DNA of 64,000 nucleotides, from NCBI GenBank assembly GCA_000146465.1, contig CP001945.1. One strand, written 5' to 3'. Shown here one piece after another: positions 1-10,168 of the stretch (its first letter is position 1; each line of letters starts with the position of its first letter). The position numbers were made by a program, and so were the translations under genes. The notes below the pieces were generated by a model that searched no databases, was not told the DNA's origin, and saw only the letters and a program-made list of their open reading frames with translations.

Positions 1-222
1 AAGGACATTATGATGTATGCAGAAAACATGGAAGGGATGGAAAACAAGAAGTTGATTCCCTATGTAGTCTACTTGGACGAGCAGTTCAAGGAAATTGTCC
101 AGAGAAGGAGAAAGGATGCAAAGGTAGTTCTTATACTCTACATAACTATTATGTCTATCTTTGTTATTGGGCTAATTGTATGTGGAGTAAAGCTCTTTGG
201 GTATTTGATGGGATGGGAGTGA
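1..222 (+). CDS. Possible 3' end of a tail-anchored membrane protein; reading frame is open to the window edge, so the gene may start upstream
   Basis: 70-aa ORF ends in a hydrophobic helix (VVLILYITIMSIFVIGLIVCGV) preceded by a basic stretch; no stop codon between position 1 and the first ATG. Confidence 0.2.
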   Translation, partial: KDIMMYAENMEGMENKKLIPYVVYLDEQFKEIVQRRRKDAKVVLILYITIMSIFVIGLIVCGVKLFGYLMGWE

Positions 223-304
223 GTTTGAGTTTTGAGGATTCTCTGGTATCCAAATATGGTATTAAATGGATTTATGTTGAGTTGTTTGTTAGAAGGTAGC
301 CCTG

Positions 305-1330
305 ATGTATGTTGCAGGAGATACCATTACGGCTGTTATTGATATAGGCAGTGAAACAGCCAAGATTGGATATTCGGATACGCTCTTACCGATGATATTC
401 TGTCCTAGCATATCATGGAAGAACGAGTACATATCCCCGGTGACTAGGTCGGTTGTAAGCGATGTGGGATCGTATCTTAGGATTCTATGCGACAATGCGC
501 CACGGGATGCACAATCACTGGTGATTTCAGAGAACACGATGGAAGCAGGAGGAACAAAGAGGGAGATTCTGGGGTATCTTATGGAGAGACGAATGTGTGA
601 ATCAGTGTTGTTTGTCAGGAGTGGAATCCTGGATGCCTTTTCATATGGAAAAACAACAGGAGTGGTTGTTAGTCTTGGAGGAGGATCGAGCCAAGTTTGT
701 AGTGTTGTTGATGGGCTCATCACTTGCCGGAGACGGCTGGATGTTGGGGGGAACGACCTGACACAGGACTTTAGAAGAGGGATGGAAGAATGCGGGATTG
801 ATTTAAGGAAGTTTATTGGTGTGAATGATGGTGGATCTTGGTGTGAAAGGAAGATTGAGTTTGAGAAAAACGAATTTTGCCGATATGTTAAAGAAGCAGT
901 TCTGAGTTTTCGGAGCGAGGAAACAGACAGAAGATATGAGTTTCCGAATGGAGAGACGGTTGAGATGGAGGACTGGTGTAACAGAATTTCAAAAAGGCTG
1001 AAGGAGGTTGTAAAGCTGATTGTTGAGGTTACTGAATTGAATGCAATGGAAGTGAGGTCTACGCTGAGCAGTAACATATTGGTTGGGGGAGGATGCGGAG
1101 AAATAAGAGGAATGGAGAGTTTTATTTGCGAAGAGCTTGGGAAGGAGCGGCCGCGATGGAAAGTGAAGGTGAACGTTGAAAGGAGCCGGTTTAGTACGTT
1201 TGAAGGGGGTTCTGTGATTGGATCTATGGGGAGTGCAAAAAGCTTCCACATTGGAATCAAGGACTATGAAGAGTACGGAGAAGGAATTCTAGACAGAAAG
1301 AAATGCGAATGGATTGTGGAGACTGTATGA
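305..1330 (+). CDS. Actin-related protein (actin fold)
   Basis: ATG at 305. N-terminal VIDIGSETAKIGYS matches the actin phosphate-1 loop; GGTKREILGYLMERRMCESVLFV and VVVSLGGGSSQV match actin/ARP core motifs. The 323-aa antisense ORF is spurious. Confidence 0.55.
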   Translation: MYVAGDTITAVIDIGSETAKIGYSDTLLPMIFCPSISWKNEYISPVTRSVVSDVGSYLRILCDNAPRDAQSLVISENTMEAGGTKREILGYLMERRMCESVLFVRSGILDAFSYGKTTGVVVSLGGGSSQVCSVVDGLITCRRRLDVGGNDLTQDFRRGMEECGIDLRKFIGVNDGGSWCERKIEFEKNEFCRYVKEAVLSFRSEETDRRYEFPNGETVEMEDWCNRISKRLKEVVKLIVEVTELNAMEVRSTLSSNILVGGGCGEIRGMESFICEELGKERPRWKVKVNVERSRFSTFEGGSVIGSMGSAKSFHIGIKDYEEYGEGILDRKKCEWIVETV

Positions 1331-1411
1331 TTTGAATGAATAAAGCATGAGCTATCTAGGGTTTTAACCTCTGTTTTTAGACTCTAAAAAATATAAAAAC
1401 TTTTTCATCCA

Positions 1412-1418
1412 GGGCCCC
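1412..1418 (+). promoter_or_regulatory. C-rich (CCC) motif immediately upstream of the EF-1alpha-like start codon; example of a recurrent start-proximal motif
   Basis: GGGCCCC sits 5 nt before ATG 1423. Similar CCC/CCCC runs lie 0-20 nt upstream of ATGs at 11393, 13933, 19036, 22784, 27380, 28705, 33296, 40785, 43822, 55645, 56454 and 63706. Confidence 0.4.
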
Positions 1419-1422
1419 TACA

Positions 1423-2844
1423 ATGGCTACAAAGATTGAGAACGATGTCAAACCACGTTTGAATGTTTGTTTTATCGGACACGTAGACTCTGGAAAGAGC
1501 ACTACGGTGGGAATGCTTGCCTATCAGTTAGGAGCGGTTGACAAGAGAGAAATGGAGAAGTATGAGAAGGAGGCAGCTCTCAACAACAAGGAGTCGTTCT
1601 ATCTTGCATACTTAACCGACAAGACCGAGGCAGAAAGAAAGAGAGGAATTACAATCACAACCACTCTTATTGCTCTCTCTACAGAGAAGTTCGATATCAA
1701 CGTTCTTGATTGCCCCGGGCACAAGGACTTTGTGAAGAACATGGTGGCAGGAGCATCGCAGGCAGATGTGGCAGTAGTGATTGTTCCAGCATCTGGATTT
1801 GAGTCCTGTGTTGGGGTTGGAGGGATGTTGAAGACACACATTATGATTTCAGGGATTCTCGGATGCGAGAAGCTGATTATATGTGTCAACAAGATGGACG
1901 AGATTGCCGAGGACAAGAGGAGGATGGAGAAGTTCAAGGAGGTATCTGATGAGATGCGTAGAATTGTCAAGAGGTGCCACAGAGATTCAAACCCTATTGT
2001 CCTGCCTATATCTGCGTACAAGGGAATCAACCTGACGAAGAAGGGAGAACACTTCAACTGGTTCAGTGGATGGAAAGAGAAGGAAGGATCGGAGGTGATA
2101 CACACTCTTGAGGAGGCTCTGGATTACCAGAAGGTACCTGAGAGACACAACGACAAGCCTTTAAGAATGCCGATCACCAAAGTTTGCTCTATTGCAGGAA
2201 TTGGTAAGATTTTCACAGGGCGTGTGGAGTACGGAACCATCACACCAAATCTTAAGATTACAATTCAGCCGGCAGGAGTGGTGGGAGAGACCAGGTCTGT
2301 GGAGATCCACAACAAGCCAAGGCCCATGATTCCATGTGGAGAGAACTGTGGAGTTGCTCTCAAGGGAGGAGTTGTTGGGGAAATCGACAAAGTGGATGCA
2401 GGACACGTGATTTCGGCCAACGATGAGAACAAGGCCATAGCATATCCTGGGGCAAAGATCAGAACAATTGTTGTTGCCAGGCCAAAGGGATTGTCGGTAG
2501 GATATACTCCACAGATCAACTTTGGAAACTGCCACTCTCCAGGAAGGATTGCCAAGATTATTTCAAGAGTAGTTGGTGGAAAGGAAGTACAGGAGAACCT
2601 TGAAAACATTGGAAATGGACAGACGTTTATTGGAGTTGTTGTTTTCCAGAAGCCGTTGGTTGTCGATAGGATGGACAAGTTCCAGAACCTGGCAAAGTTT
2701 GCACTTATGGACAGTAACGGGGTTGTGGGAATTGGAAATGTCATGGAGCCTCTTACCAAAGACCAGCTTCTCAAGGAGTACGGGATTGACATAAATGAAG
2801 ATCCCAAGGCAGCAAAAAAGGCAGCCGGTAAGAAGAAAGCATAA
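1423..2844 (+). CDS. Translation elongation factor 1-alpha-like GTPase (divergent)
   Basis: G1 motif GHVDSGKST, G3 DCPGHKDF, NKMD motif, WFSGWK...TLEEALD. Lys/Ala-rich C-terminal tail KAAKKAAGKKKA is typical of EF-1alpha. GGGCCCC sits just upstream of the ATG. Confidence 0.75.
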   Translation: MATKIENDVKPRLNVCFIGHVDSGKSTTVGMLAYQLGAVDKREMEKYEKEAALNNKESFYLAYLTDKTEAERKRGITITTTLIALSTEKFDINVLDCPGHKDFVKNMVAGASQADVAVVIVPASGFESCVGVGGMLKTHIMISGILGCEKLIICVNKMDEIAEDKRRMEKFKEVSDEMRRIVKRCHRDSNPIVLPISAYKGINLTKKGEHFNWFSGWKEKEGSEVIHTLEEALDYQKVPERHNDKPLRMPITKVCSIAGIGKIFTGRVEYGTITPNLKITIQPAGVVGETRSVEIHNKPRPMIPCGENCGVALKGGVVGEIDKVDAGHVISANDENKAIAYPGAKIRTIVVARPKGLSVGYTPQINFGNCHSPGRIAKIISRVVGGKEVQENLENIGNGQTFIGVVVFQKPLVVDRMDKFQNLAKFALMDSNGVVGIGNVMEPLTKDQLLKEYGIDINEDPKAAKKAAGKKKA

Positions 2845-2896
2845 GTAATCTTTCTTCCAAAAGAAGTATCTTTATTAAACTTCTTTTATTAATTTC

Positions 2897-3787
2897 TTAT
2901 ATTCTTTTTAGTGCTTTTGTAAGGAAATGGTTCATCTCCCGTCGGCCTTTGCTAAGGAAAGCCTCCATTTCAACCTTCTTGCCTGTCTTCTTAAGAAGCA
3001 ACGGGTCATTGGTAAAACATTCGAACTCCATAAGTCTGTCAACCATCTTCAGGTCGTATTTATTCAGGCCTGCAAGGCCGTCCTGATGGATCCTCTTGTC
3101 TAGGATGTCTTCTGCACAGACGCCAATCCGCACAATAGTTTCAACTCTTGTCTCTGGAGCCTCTCTACTCCCATACTTATAGACACAAAAGATGTGAATA
3201 CCAAAGGGATCAAAGTCAAAGAGTCCTCCAATGGCTGTCTTGTGTTCTATCATCTTCAACAATAGCATAGTGTTCTTGCATGGATATCCTCTCCCACACA
3301 CAAGTAGCACACCTTCAAGATATCTTTCCCTTTCAATTCCAGATGCTATTCTTTGTAATATTGTATCTTTTTCAACAACCAAAACCCTCTCGTAACTGCA
3401 GAACACCTCAACTATGCCCTCCATGTCTGGAATAAGCTGTGGGTTGTTCCTACATGAGGACATCTCTATTATGTCTGGGCCCTTAACAAAAGCTAGCTTT
3501 CCGATAAAGGTTCCTTTGAGAGTATTTCTTATTCTAAGATCGCTTTTTGAAACTCGAAGCTCTGAGGCGATGGTAGATATCAACCTTTTGACAGCAGTCT
3601 GACTTTTGAATATATTCACAGCCATGTAAAAGATTTCTCTTTCATTTCTGGTGATTCCTAGTTCTTGCATCTCCATGATTATCTCATGGAGCCTTATCCT
3701 CATTACAAGAGTTCTCGACTTCAGCTCTGTCAGGAGCTTTAGTGCATTGTGCTTTAGCGATGTGGATATCTCAGAAGAAAAGGCCAT
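2897..3787 (-). CDS. SPO11: Spo11 / topoisomerase VI subunit A homolog (meiotic DSB-forming transesterase)
   Basis: Catalytic-tyrosine motif REIFY, Toprim motif VLVVEKDT, CGRGYP (GxGxP), DFDPFGIHI (DxD metal site); about 296 aa. Confidence 0.8.
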   Translation of the reverse strand: MAFSSEISTSLKHNALKLLTELKSRTLVMRIRLHEIIMEMQELGITRNEREIFYMAVNIFKSQTAVKRLISTIASELRVSKSDLRIRNTLKGTFIGKLAFVKGPDIIEMSSCRNNPQLIPDMEGIVEVFCSYERVLVVEKDTILQRIASGIERERYLEGVLLVCGRGYPCKNTMLLLKMIEHKTAIGGLFDFDPFGIHIFCVYKYGSREAPETRVETIVRIGVCAEDILDKRIHQDGLAGLNKYDLKMVDRLMEFECFTNDPLLLKKTGKKVEMEAFLSKGRREMNHFLTKALKRI

Positions 3788-3835
3788 TCTATCGCCAAAG
3801 CATAAACCCAGAATAACGAATCCCTGGGATATTGC

Positions 3836-4342
3836 ATGATATATACCGCAGAGATATACGAAAGAGTTAGGAAGCTCTTAGGAGATTTGTGCATGGTGCA
3901 GACCGGGGACAATCCAGTGGCATACAAGGTGTCAAAGTACAAATCAAAGAAGCCTGTGTATCTTGTTGAAGGAAATGGAGGAGAAATGTATCTGATGGGG
4001 GATCACGTCTTCGAGCTTGAGCGTAGTGGGTTTGATGTAGGGGTTTCAAAGGAGAAAGAGGTATTGGTTATGCTTTTCAAGTTCAGCACTAGAAGTCTAG
4101 AGGGAGGCAGAAGAGTTGCAAGAGAATCTCCAGAGGAAGGGCAATTTATAGAGGTGGATGTAGGTCCGGTGACATGTGATGGAAGAAGAATGGGAACCCT
4201 GATAGCATCAAGTATTCCACAGGGTTTATGTGCATTGTCTAGTGTGCTAAAAAGATTTATTCGGATTGATACCAACGGGTATTCAGAAGGAGGATTTGAA
4301 AAGTTGCTTGTGAGGGTTCTTAGTTCCAACAGGGTCCTATGA
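3836..4342 (+). CDS. Hypothetical protein
   Basis: 168-aa ORF with ATG start in a gene-sized gap; no family recognised. Confidence 0.3.
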   Translation: MIYTAEIYERVRKLLGDLCMVQTGDNPVAYKVSKYKSKKPVYLVEGNGGEMYLMGDHVFELERSGFDVGVSKEKEVLVMLFKFSTRSLEGGRRVARESPEEGQFIEVDVGPVTCDGRRMGTLIASSIPQGLCALSSVLKRFIRIDTNGYSEGGFEKLLVRVLSSNRVL

Positions 4343-4514
4343 ATCTGTTTATTGAAGCTGTATCCTGTATGGTTGGTTCTTGGAGATTTGCTTATTAGCT
4401 GGACCTATTAACTTGCTTGCTCTGGAAAGTGGTTTAATTCAGGCTCCATAGAAAATCAGTAACCTGAAGCATAAATAATAAATAAGGAATATCAACACGA
4501 CTAGAGGGAAAATA

Positions 4515-5483
4515 ATGCTTCTACTTCTTACAATTGTTGGAATAGTGGTCTGCAGGGAAAATGCAGTGATTCTGATTCTCTGTAGGAACAGCGACAAGAA
4601 TGGCATAACAGAAACGATAAAGAATTTCGAAGAGGTGTTCAATAGAAACTTCGGATATCCTTATGTATTTCTGAACGATGAGGAGTTTACCGAGGACTTC
4701 AAGAAAGCTATAAAGGATGTTACATCTAATAGTGTTGAGTTTGGAAGACTCGAGCCCGAGGAGTGGGAGATTCCAAAGTGGATAGATATGGAGAAGGCAA
4801 AGGAGGAAATGAAGAAAATGGAAGACAGGAAAATCATCTATGGAGGGTCTCTATCATACAGGAAGATGTGCAGGTTCTTTTCTGGATTCTTCTACAGGAA
4901 CAAGCTTGTCCAGAAGTATGACTATTATTGGAGGATAGAGCCAGATGTAAAGTTCCTGTGCCAGATAGAGTATGATCCGTTCACATATCTTCGGGAGAAC
5001 AACAAACAGTATGGGTTTGTGATATCCTTGGTTGAGTTTATGGAGACGATTCCCAGTCTGTTTGGAGAGGTGATAAAGTTTGCAACACATAACCTGAACT
5101 TGATCAAAAAGGCCAATGGAAATAGATTCATACTAAACAAGGACGGGTCATACAACGGATGTCATTTTTGGTCCAACTTTGAAATAGCAAACTTTGGATT
5201 CTTTAGAAATGAAACATACCAGAAGTACTTTGATTGGTTAGACAAGGCTGGGGGGTTTTTCTACGAAAGATGGGGTGATGCGCCTGTGCACAGTATTGCA
5301 GCATCTCTCTTCCTGGATAAGGATCAGATCCACTTCTTCAGCGACATTGGGTATGAGCATCCTCCATTCCAGCATTGTCCAAGAGAGGCGTCCATGAGAT
5401 CGAAATGCAAGTGCAGTATTTCGAACTCGTTAGACTTTTCTCCAAATTCGTGTCTGGGCTTGTACATAAAGTCTCTTTTGTGA
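4515..5483 (+). CDS. Alpha-1,2-mannosyltransferase of the KRE2/KTR/MNT1 family (GT15), type II membrane protein
   Basis: N-terminal signal anchor. ILILCRNSD...[22 protein letters not shown] and [23 protein letters not shown]...YYWRIEPDV match Kre2p catalytic-domain motifs. Confidence 0.8.
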   Translation: MLLLLTIVGIVVCRENAVILILCRNSDKNGITETIKNFEEVFNRNFGYPYVFLNDEEFTEDFKKAIKDVTSNSVEFGRLEPEEWEIPKWIDMEKAKEEMKKMEDRKIIYGGSLSYRKMCRFFSGFFYRNKLVQKYDYYWRIEPDVKFLCQIEYDPFTYLRENNKQYGFVISLVEFMETIPSLFGEVIKFATHNLNLIKKANGNRFILNKDGSYNGCHFWSNFEIANFGFFRNETYQKYFDWLDKAGGFFYERWGDAPVHSIAASLFLDKDQIHFFSDIGYEHPPFQHCPREASMRSKCKCSISNSLDFSPNSCLGLYIKSLL

Positions 5484-5563
5484 ATGAAGAATGCCTGGAA
5501 GTATATTCGATAATAATAAATTGGTACGACGGATATTTTGGTTTATTTTTGACCCGATACGAG

Positions 5564-8338
5564 ATGGATTCTGAAAAGGAAGCTTTGAAGGAAAGGAAGA
5601 AAATGGAGAAGGAAGAGAAGAAGAGGCAGAAGCTGGAGAAATTCCTGGCAAAGAAAACACAAGAAATGAATGTTTCCAAGCCAAGGAAGGAGTACAAGGG
5701 AGATGGCTATGACCCGCTAGGGATTGAAGGGAAGTGGTACGAGTTCTGGGAGAACAACGAGCTTTTCAAGCCTATAGAGGGAAAAGAGAAATATGTAATT
5801 CCGATTCCTCCGCCAAATGTCACAGGAAACCTTCATATAGGACATGCAATGATGGTTTCAATTCAGGATACTTTGTGTAGATACAAGAGGATGTGCGGGT
5901 ATGAGGTTTTGTATATTCCTGGGACAGACCATGCAGGAATAGCCACACAGAATGTTGTATTGAAGCAATTGGAAAGAGAAGGAGTTGTCTCTGACAGAGA
6001 AGGGTTTCTTAAGAAGGCCTGGGAGTGGAAGGATAAGCATGGATCAAGAATATATGAGCAATTTAAGAGATTAGGGACGAGTGTAGACTTCAGCAGGGAA
6101 AGATTTACCCTAGATCCAGGGATGAACGAAGCTGTTGTTGATGCGTTTGTAAAGCTCTATGAAAGAGGCCTTATATATCGAGAGCTGAAAATTGTGAACT
6201 GGTGTGCCAAGCTGTCGACAACCATAAGTGACTTGGAGGTTAATCACGAAGAGGTGATGGCCAGCACAGATCTACAAGTAGATGGAGGAAAGTATGAGTT
6301 TGGGGTAATTTATCATTTTAAGTATCCCATGACAATAGATAAGGAATTTTCAGGAGATTATCTTTCGCTACCGGCAATTGAAGTGGCAACAACAAGACCG
6401 GAAACGATTCTTGGAGACACGGCGATATGTGTGAATGGAAAGGACGAAAGATTTGGAGCCAGAGGAATAAAGGAGACTTTTGGGGATGTTCCTGAAGGAA
6501 GCAAGCTCTATTGTGTAAATCCGTTGACCAGTGAGGTGATTCCTGTTGTCTTTGACGACTATGCAGATATGAGCTTTGGAACTGGAGTGGTGAAAATAAC
6601 ACCTGCACATGATGCAAATGACTTCGATGTATCGAGGAGACATGGACTTCCTTGCAAGATTGTGTTTGATGAAGAAAACAGGGTAATCATTGAGGGAGAG
6701 TTCAAGGGGCTAAAGAGATTTGAGGCAAGAAAAGCTGTTATTTCAAAGCTTACAGACATTGGCTTGTTTGTTGGAAAGAAGGAGTATCCTCAGGTGATTC
6801 CAAGATGTTCCCGATCTAATGACATTATAGAGCCTATTGTCAAGAGTCAATGGTGGATGGACTGTAAGGAAATGGCAAATAAGGCTATTGAGGCAGTTAA
6901 AGAAGGAAGAATAAGAATACTACCTGAAGGGGCAGAAAGGCGATGGTATAAATGGCTTGAGAATATCAGGGACTGGTGTCTATCGAGGCAACTGTGGTGG
7001 GGGCATCGAATACCTGCATACAGAATGCCTTCTGGAAAATGGTATGTTGGAAGAAGCAAGGAAGAAGCATTTTTGAAGATGAAGAATGAGTGTCCTGAGG
7101 ATGGATGTAGTATTGATGAGTTTGAGCAGGACGAGGATGTTCTAGACACATGGTTTTCTTCGGGCCTATGGCCGTTTGCCATTCTAGGATGGCCCAAAGA
7201 GACAGAAGACCTTCAAAAGTACTATCCTAGCACCTTGCTTGAAACAGGCAGCGACATTCTCTTCTTCTGGGTGGCGAGAATGGTGATGCTTGGAATTGAA
7301 CTGACCGGAAAAGAGCCTTTCAGCCAAGTGTTTCTCCATGGGATAGTAAGAGATGCACATGGAAGGAAGATGAGCAAAAGCCTTGGGAATGTCATTGACC
7401 CGATTTTTGTGATTGATGGATGTCCTCTTTCAAAGCTGATTTCGACAATGAGAAGCGGGAATCTCGATGAGAGGGAGATGAAGAGGGCAGAAGAAGTCCT
7501 ACGAAAGGATTTCCCAAACGGAATACCAAGGTGCGGGGCAGATGCTCTTAGATTTACTTTACTTTCCTACACCTCTGGAATGAAGGATATCAACCTTGAT
7601 GTACTGAGGGTGGAAGGATATCGAAGGTTTTGCAACAAAATATGGAATGCTCATAGATTTGTGAAGGCAGCAGTAGATGAGGCCATTGAAGAAAGCCTTA
7701 GAGGGTCCACTTGTAAGAAGAAATACGAGAAGTATATTCTTCCGGCTGATAAGCTACAGATTCGTTCTGGAGAAGGACCCGTTGAATGGATTCTTAAAAA
7801 AAGGAACGAGTTAATAGAAATAAGCCAGAGAATGATTGATTCATTCAACTTCATGGGAGCCACACAAGCAATCCATCAGTTTTTTATTTACGATCTGTGT
7901 GATGTCTTCATAGAGGTTGTTAAGAAAAACAAGAGCGAAAGATACATAGGGGTACTATTAAGCGTGTTTATCGATTCGATGAAGATACTCCATCCATTTA
8001 TGCCATTTATCACAGAAGAGGTGTTTTCTGATTATTTCGATAGTTCTATTTCCACTTCACCATATCCTAGGACAGATGGGTCTAACCATGAAAACAAGTT
8101 TTCTGGGACACTTCAAATTATAAGGCATGTAAGGGCAAAGGCAGAGTCAAAGGGATGGCCTAGGGTTGCAGTAGGGATTGCCCCAGGAGAAGATGTTGAC
8201 CTTGCAGACCTGGAGTTTGTCCGTCTGCTTTGCAAAAAAATTATCGAATTTAAGGTAGTAGAACATTCAGAAAGCTCAGAAAGCCATCTGTATGAGAAGG
8301 TAGGGGATTCTGGAGTATTTGTGAGCCAAGCAGATTGA
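5564..8338 (+). CDS. Valyl-tRNA synthetase
   Basis: HIGH motif ([12 protein letters not shown]), KMSKS motif ([12 protein letters not shown]), class I editing/anticodon-binding architecture; about 925 aa. First in-frame ATG at 5564; the track start at 5375 overlaps the upstream mannosyltransferase. Confidence 0.9.
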   Translation: MDSEKEALKERKKMEKEEKKRQKLEKFLAKKTQEMNVSKPRKEYKGDGYDPLGIEGKWYEFWENNELFKPIEGKEKYVIPIPPPNVTGNLHIGHAMMVSIQDTLCRYKRMCGYEVLYIPGTDHAGIATQNVVLKQLEREGVVSDREGFLKKAWEWKDKHGSRIYEQFKRLGTSVDFSRERFTLDPGMNEAVVDAFVKLYERGLIYRELKIVNWCAKLSTTISDLEVNHEEVMASTDLQVDGGKYEFGVIYHFKYPMTIDKEFSGDYLSLPAIEVATTRPETILGDTAICVNGKDERFGARGIKETFGDVPEGSKLYCVNPLTSEVIPVVFDDYADMSFGTGVVKITPAHDANDFDVSRRHGLPCKIVFDEENRVIIEGEFKGLKRFEARKAVISKLTDIGLFVGKKEYPQVIPRCSRSNDIIEPIVKSQWWMDCKEMANKAIEAVKEGRIRILPEGAERRWYKWLENIRDWCLSRQLWWGHRIPAYRMPSGKWYVGRSKEEAFLKMKNECPEDGCSIDEFEQDEDVLDTWFSSGLWPFAILGWPKETEDLQKYYPSTLLETGSDILFFWVARMVMLGIELTGKEPFSQVFLHGIVRDAHGRKMSKSLGNVIDPIFVIDGCPLSKLISTMRSGNLDEREMKRAEEVLRKDFPNGIPRCGADALRFTLLSYTSGMKDINLDVLRVEGYRRFCNKIWNAHRFVKAAVDEAIEESLRGSTCKKKYEKYILPADKLQIRSGEGPVEWILKKRNELIEISQRMIDSFNFMGATQAIHQFFIYDLCDVFIEVVKKNKSERYIGVLLSVFIDSMKILHPFMPFITEEVFSDYFDSSISTSPYPRTDGSNHENKFSGTLQIIRHVRAKAESKGWPRVAVGIAPGEDVDLADLEFVRLLCKKIIEFKVVEHSESSESHLYEKVGDSGVFVSQAD

Positions 8339-8363
8339 CAAGAACATAACTGATTAAAGTCTT

Positions 8364-9014
8364 TTAATTTAGCTTTTTGGCAGAGTGAGTGGAAACCAAA
8401 AAGTCTCTTCCCCTTCGGTAATATTCCTGTACATCACGTGGGCAGCTGAGAACCCACTTGTCCAGAGACACACGTATTTCCCCAAAGACACTTCGCATTG
8501 ATGGATTATTGAAGTATTGCTGCCTCACCATGGCAATGAAAGTTGTAAAGGTCACGAGGCTCGACTTTCTGAGGAATATCATTAGGAAGGAGAGAGGAAC
8601 AGCAAGAACCTCTGTAAACAATGCTAGTCTCCCCAGGGTGACATGGTATGCCGACAAGGAGACACAGATGGGATATATAGATGTTCTTTCGAAAGTCTTC
8701 TTGTTGGACAGAACAAATGAGCTGAGATGATATATCGACAGAAGGTAAAACGGGAGAAGAAGAGCCTCATGGGGAAACGTGAAGAACACTGTGATGCAGT
8801 AAATGTTTGGCTGTGACAGGATTTCCTTCATGGATGAGAGATGTGGAAGTAAGGAAATTGAGTATGACGATATCAAGCACAGAATGTTTACGAAGTTTGG
8901 CAGTGGATATATAGGAATTCTGATCAGATGAAGCACAATGTATAGTGTGTAGTTTACCGCAAACAAAGTATTCAGTAACATCCATGTCTTCTTAGTAGAA
9001 TTTATCTCTAGCAT
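8364..9014 (-). CDS. Hypothetical multi-pass membrane protein
   Basis: 216 aa with five or more hydrophobic helices; ATG start verified; no family assigned. Confidence 0.35.
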   Translation of the reverse strand: MLEINSTKKTWMLLNTLFAVNYTLYIVLHLIRIPIYPLPNFVNILCLISSYSISLLPHLSSMKEILSQPNIYCITVFFTFPHEALLLPFYLLSIYHLSSFVLSNKKTFERTSIYPICVSLSAYHVTLGRLALFTEVLAVPLSFLMIFLRKSSLVTFTTFIAMVRQQYFNNPSMRSVFGEIRVSLDKWVLSCPRDVQEYYRRGRDFLVSTHSAKKLN

Positions 9015-9162
9015 TTTTCTTAGAAGGGCTAAGGGATCAAGTGGTATTTAGAGAACGAAGTTTGGGGTGTTTCATGTAGTGTGCCAAATAACAAAATGCT
9101 GAATAGTGATATTTGAAACGTCCATAAAGACATAAAGGCAGGCGAGAAAGAAAATCTCGGGA

Positions 9163-10160
9163 ATGATAACTATCAAAGAGGCCTTGAACCAAGCTATAGA
9201 TGAAGAGATGGAAATGGATAAGAGAGTGTTTGTTCTTGGGGAGGAGGTGGGCATATCTGGAGGAAACAAAGGAGTCACTAGAGGTCTATACGAGAAGTAT
9301 GGAAAGTGGAGAGTTCTTGATACACCCATCAGTGAAATGGGATTCACAGGCCTGGGTGTGGGGCATCCTATCTAGGCCTAAGGCCGATAATTGAGTTTAT
9401 GACATGGAACTTTGCATTGCAGTCTATTGACCATATAATCAACTCGTGTGCCAAGACACTGTACATGTCTGGGGGGAAAGTTAGTTGCCCTATTGTATTT
9501 AGAGGGCCTAATGGATTCAATCCTGGATATGCAGCTCAACACACACAAGACTTCTGCAGCTACTATGGTGCAGTCCCCGGTCTTAAGGTTGTCGCTCCCT
9601 TCACAGCAAAGGATCATAAAGGATTACTGAAATCGGCGATCCGAGATAACAATCCAGTGGTATTTTTGGAAAATGAGACGCTTTACGATGATACATATAA
9701 GGACATAGAACAGGGATACATGCAATCACTAGATAAAGCTGTGATCGAAGTAGAAGGGTGCGACGTCACTCTTGTAGGAATTTCACTTTCAGTAAAGACA
9801 TGTCTGGAGGCTGCTAAGGCACTGAAAGATCTAGGGATTTCTTGTGAAGTTATCAACCTCGTGTCGATCAAGCCCATAGATAAACAAACATTATTGACCT
9901 CTGCCAAGAAGACAAAGCATGTGTTTGTAATTGATTTTGCATGGCCATCGTTCAGTGTTGCTTCCGAGATTTCTGCAATAATACACGAGAACTGCTTTAA
10001 AGATTTGATGGCTTCTGTTCAAAGAATAAACGCAAAAGACATTCCTACTCCCTACTCAGAGAAAATAGAAGCAATGGCGTTTCCAACATGTACAGATGTC
10101 ATTGATTCGGTGGTTGAAGTCTATAAAAGCACCTCCAAAGATAATAAATTAGGTCTTTAA
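9163..10160 (+). CDS. Pyruvate dehydrogenase E1 component beta subunit, interrupted by an apparent +1 frameshift in a GGGG run at 9360-9363
   Basis: Frame 1 (9163-9375) encodes the N-terminus (VFVLGEEVG...[17 protein letters not shown]). Frame 3 (from 9363) continues [28 protein letters not shown], matching the E1-beta core. Adding one G restores a continuous protein of canonical length. Confidence 0.75.
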
Positions 10161-10168
10161 TTTCTACT

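Noticed and set aside
289-1260. 323-aa ORF on the minus strand, antisense to the actin-related gene. Many similar antisense or out-of-frame ORFs of 60-180 aa occur across the window, e.g. 1599-2105, 2265-2807, 5338-5697, 15369-15917, 20509-20982, 32742-33233 and 43851-44204
   Set aside because: They overlap genes with clear conserved-family signatures on the other strand or frame, have low-complexity or Ser/Leu-rich composition, and often begin with non-ATG codons; treated as ORF-finder noise.
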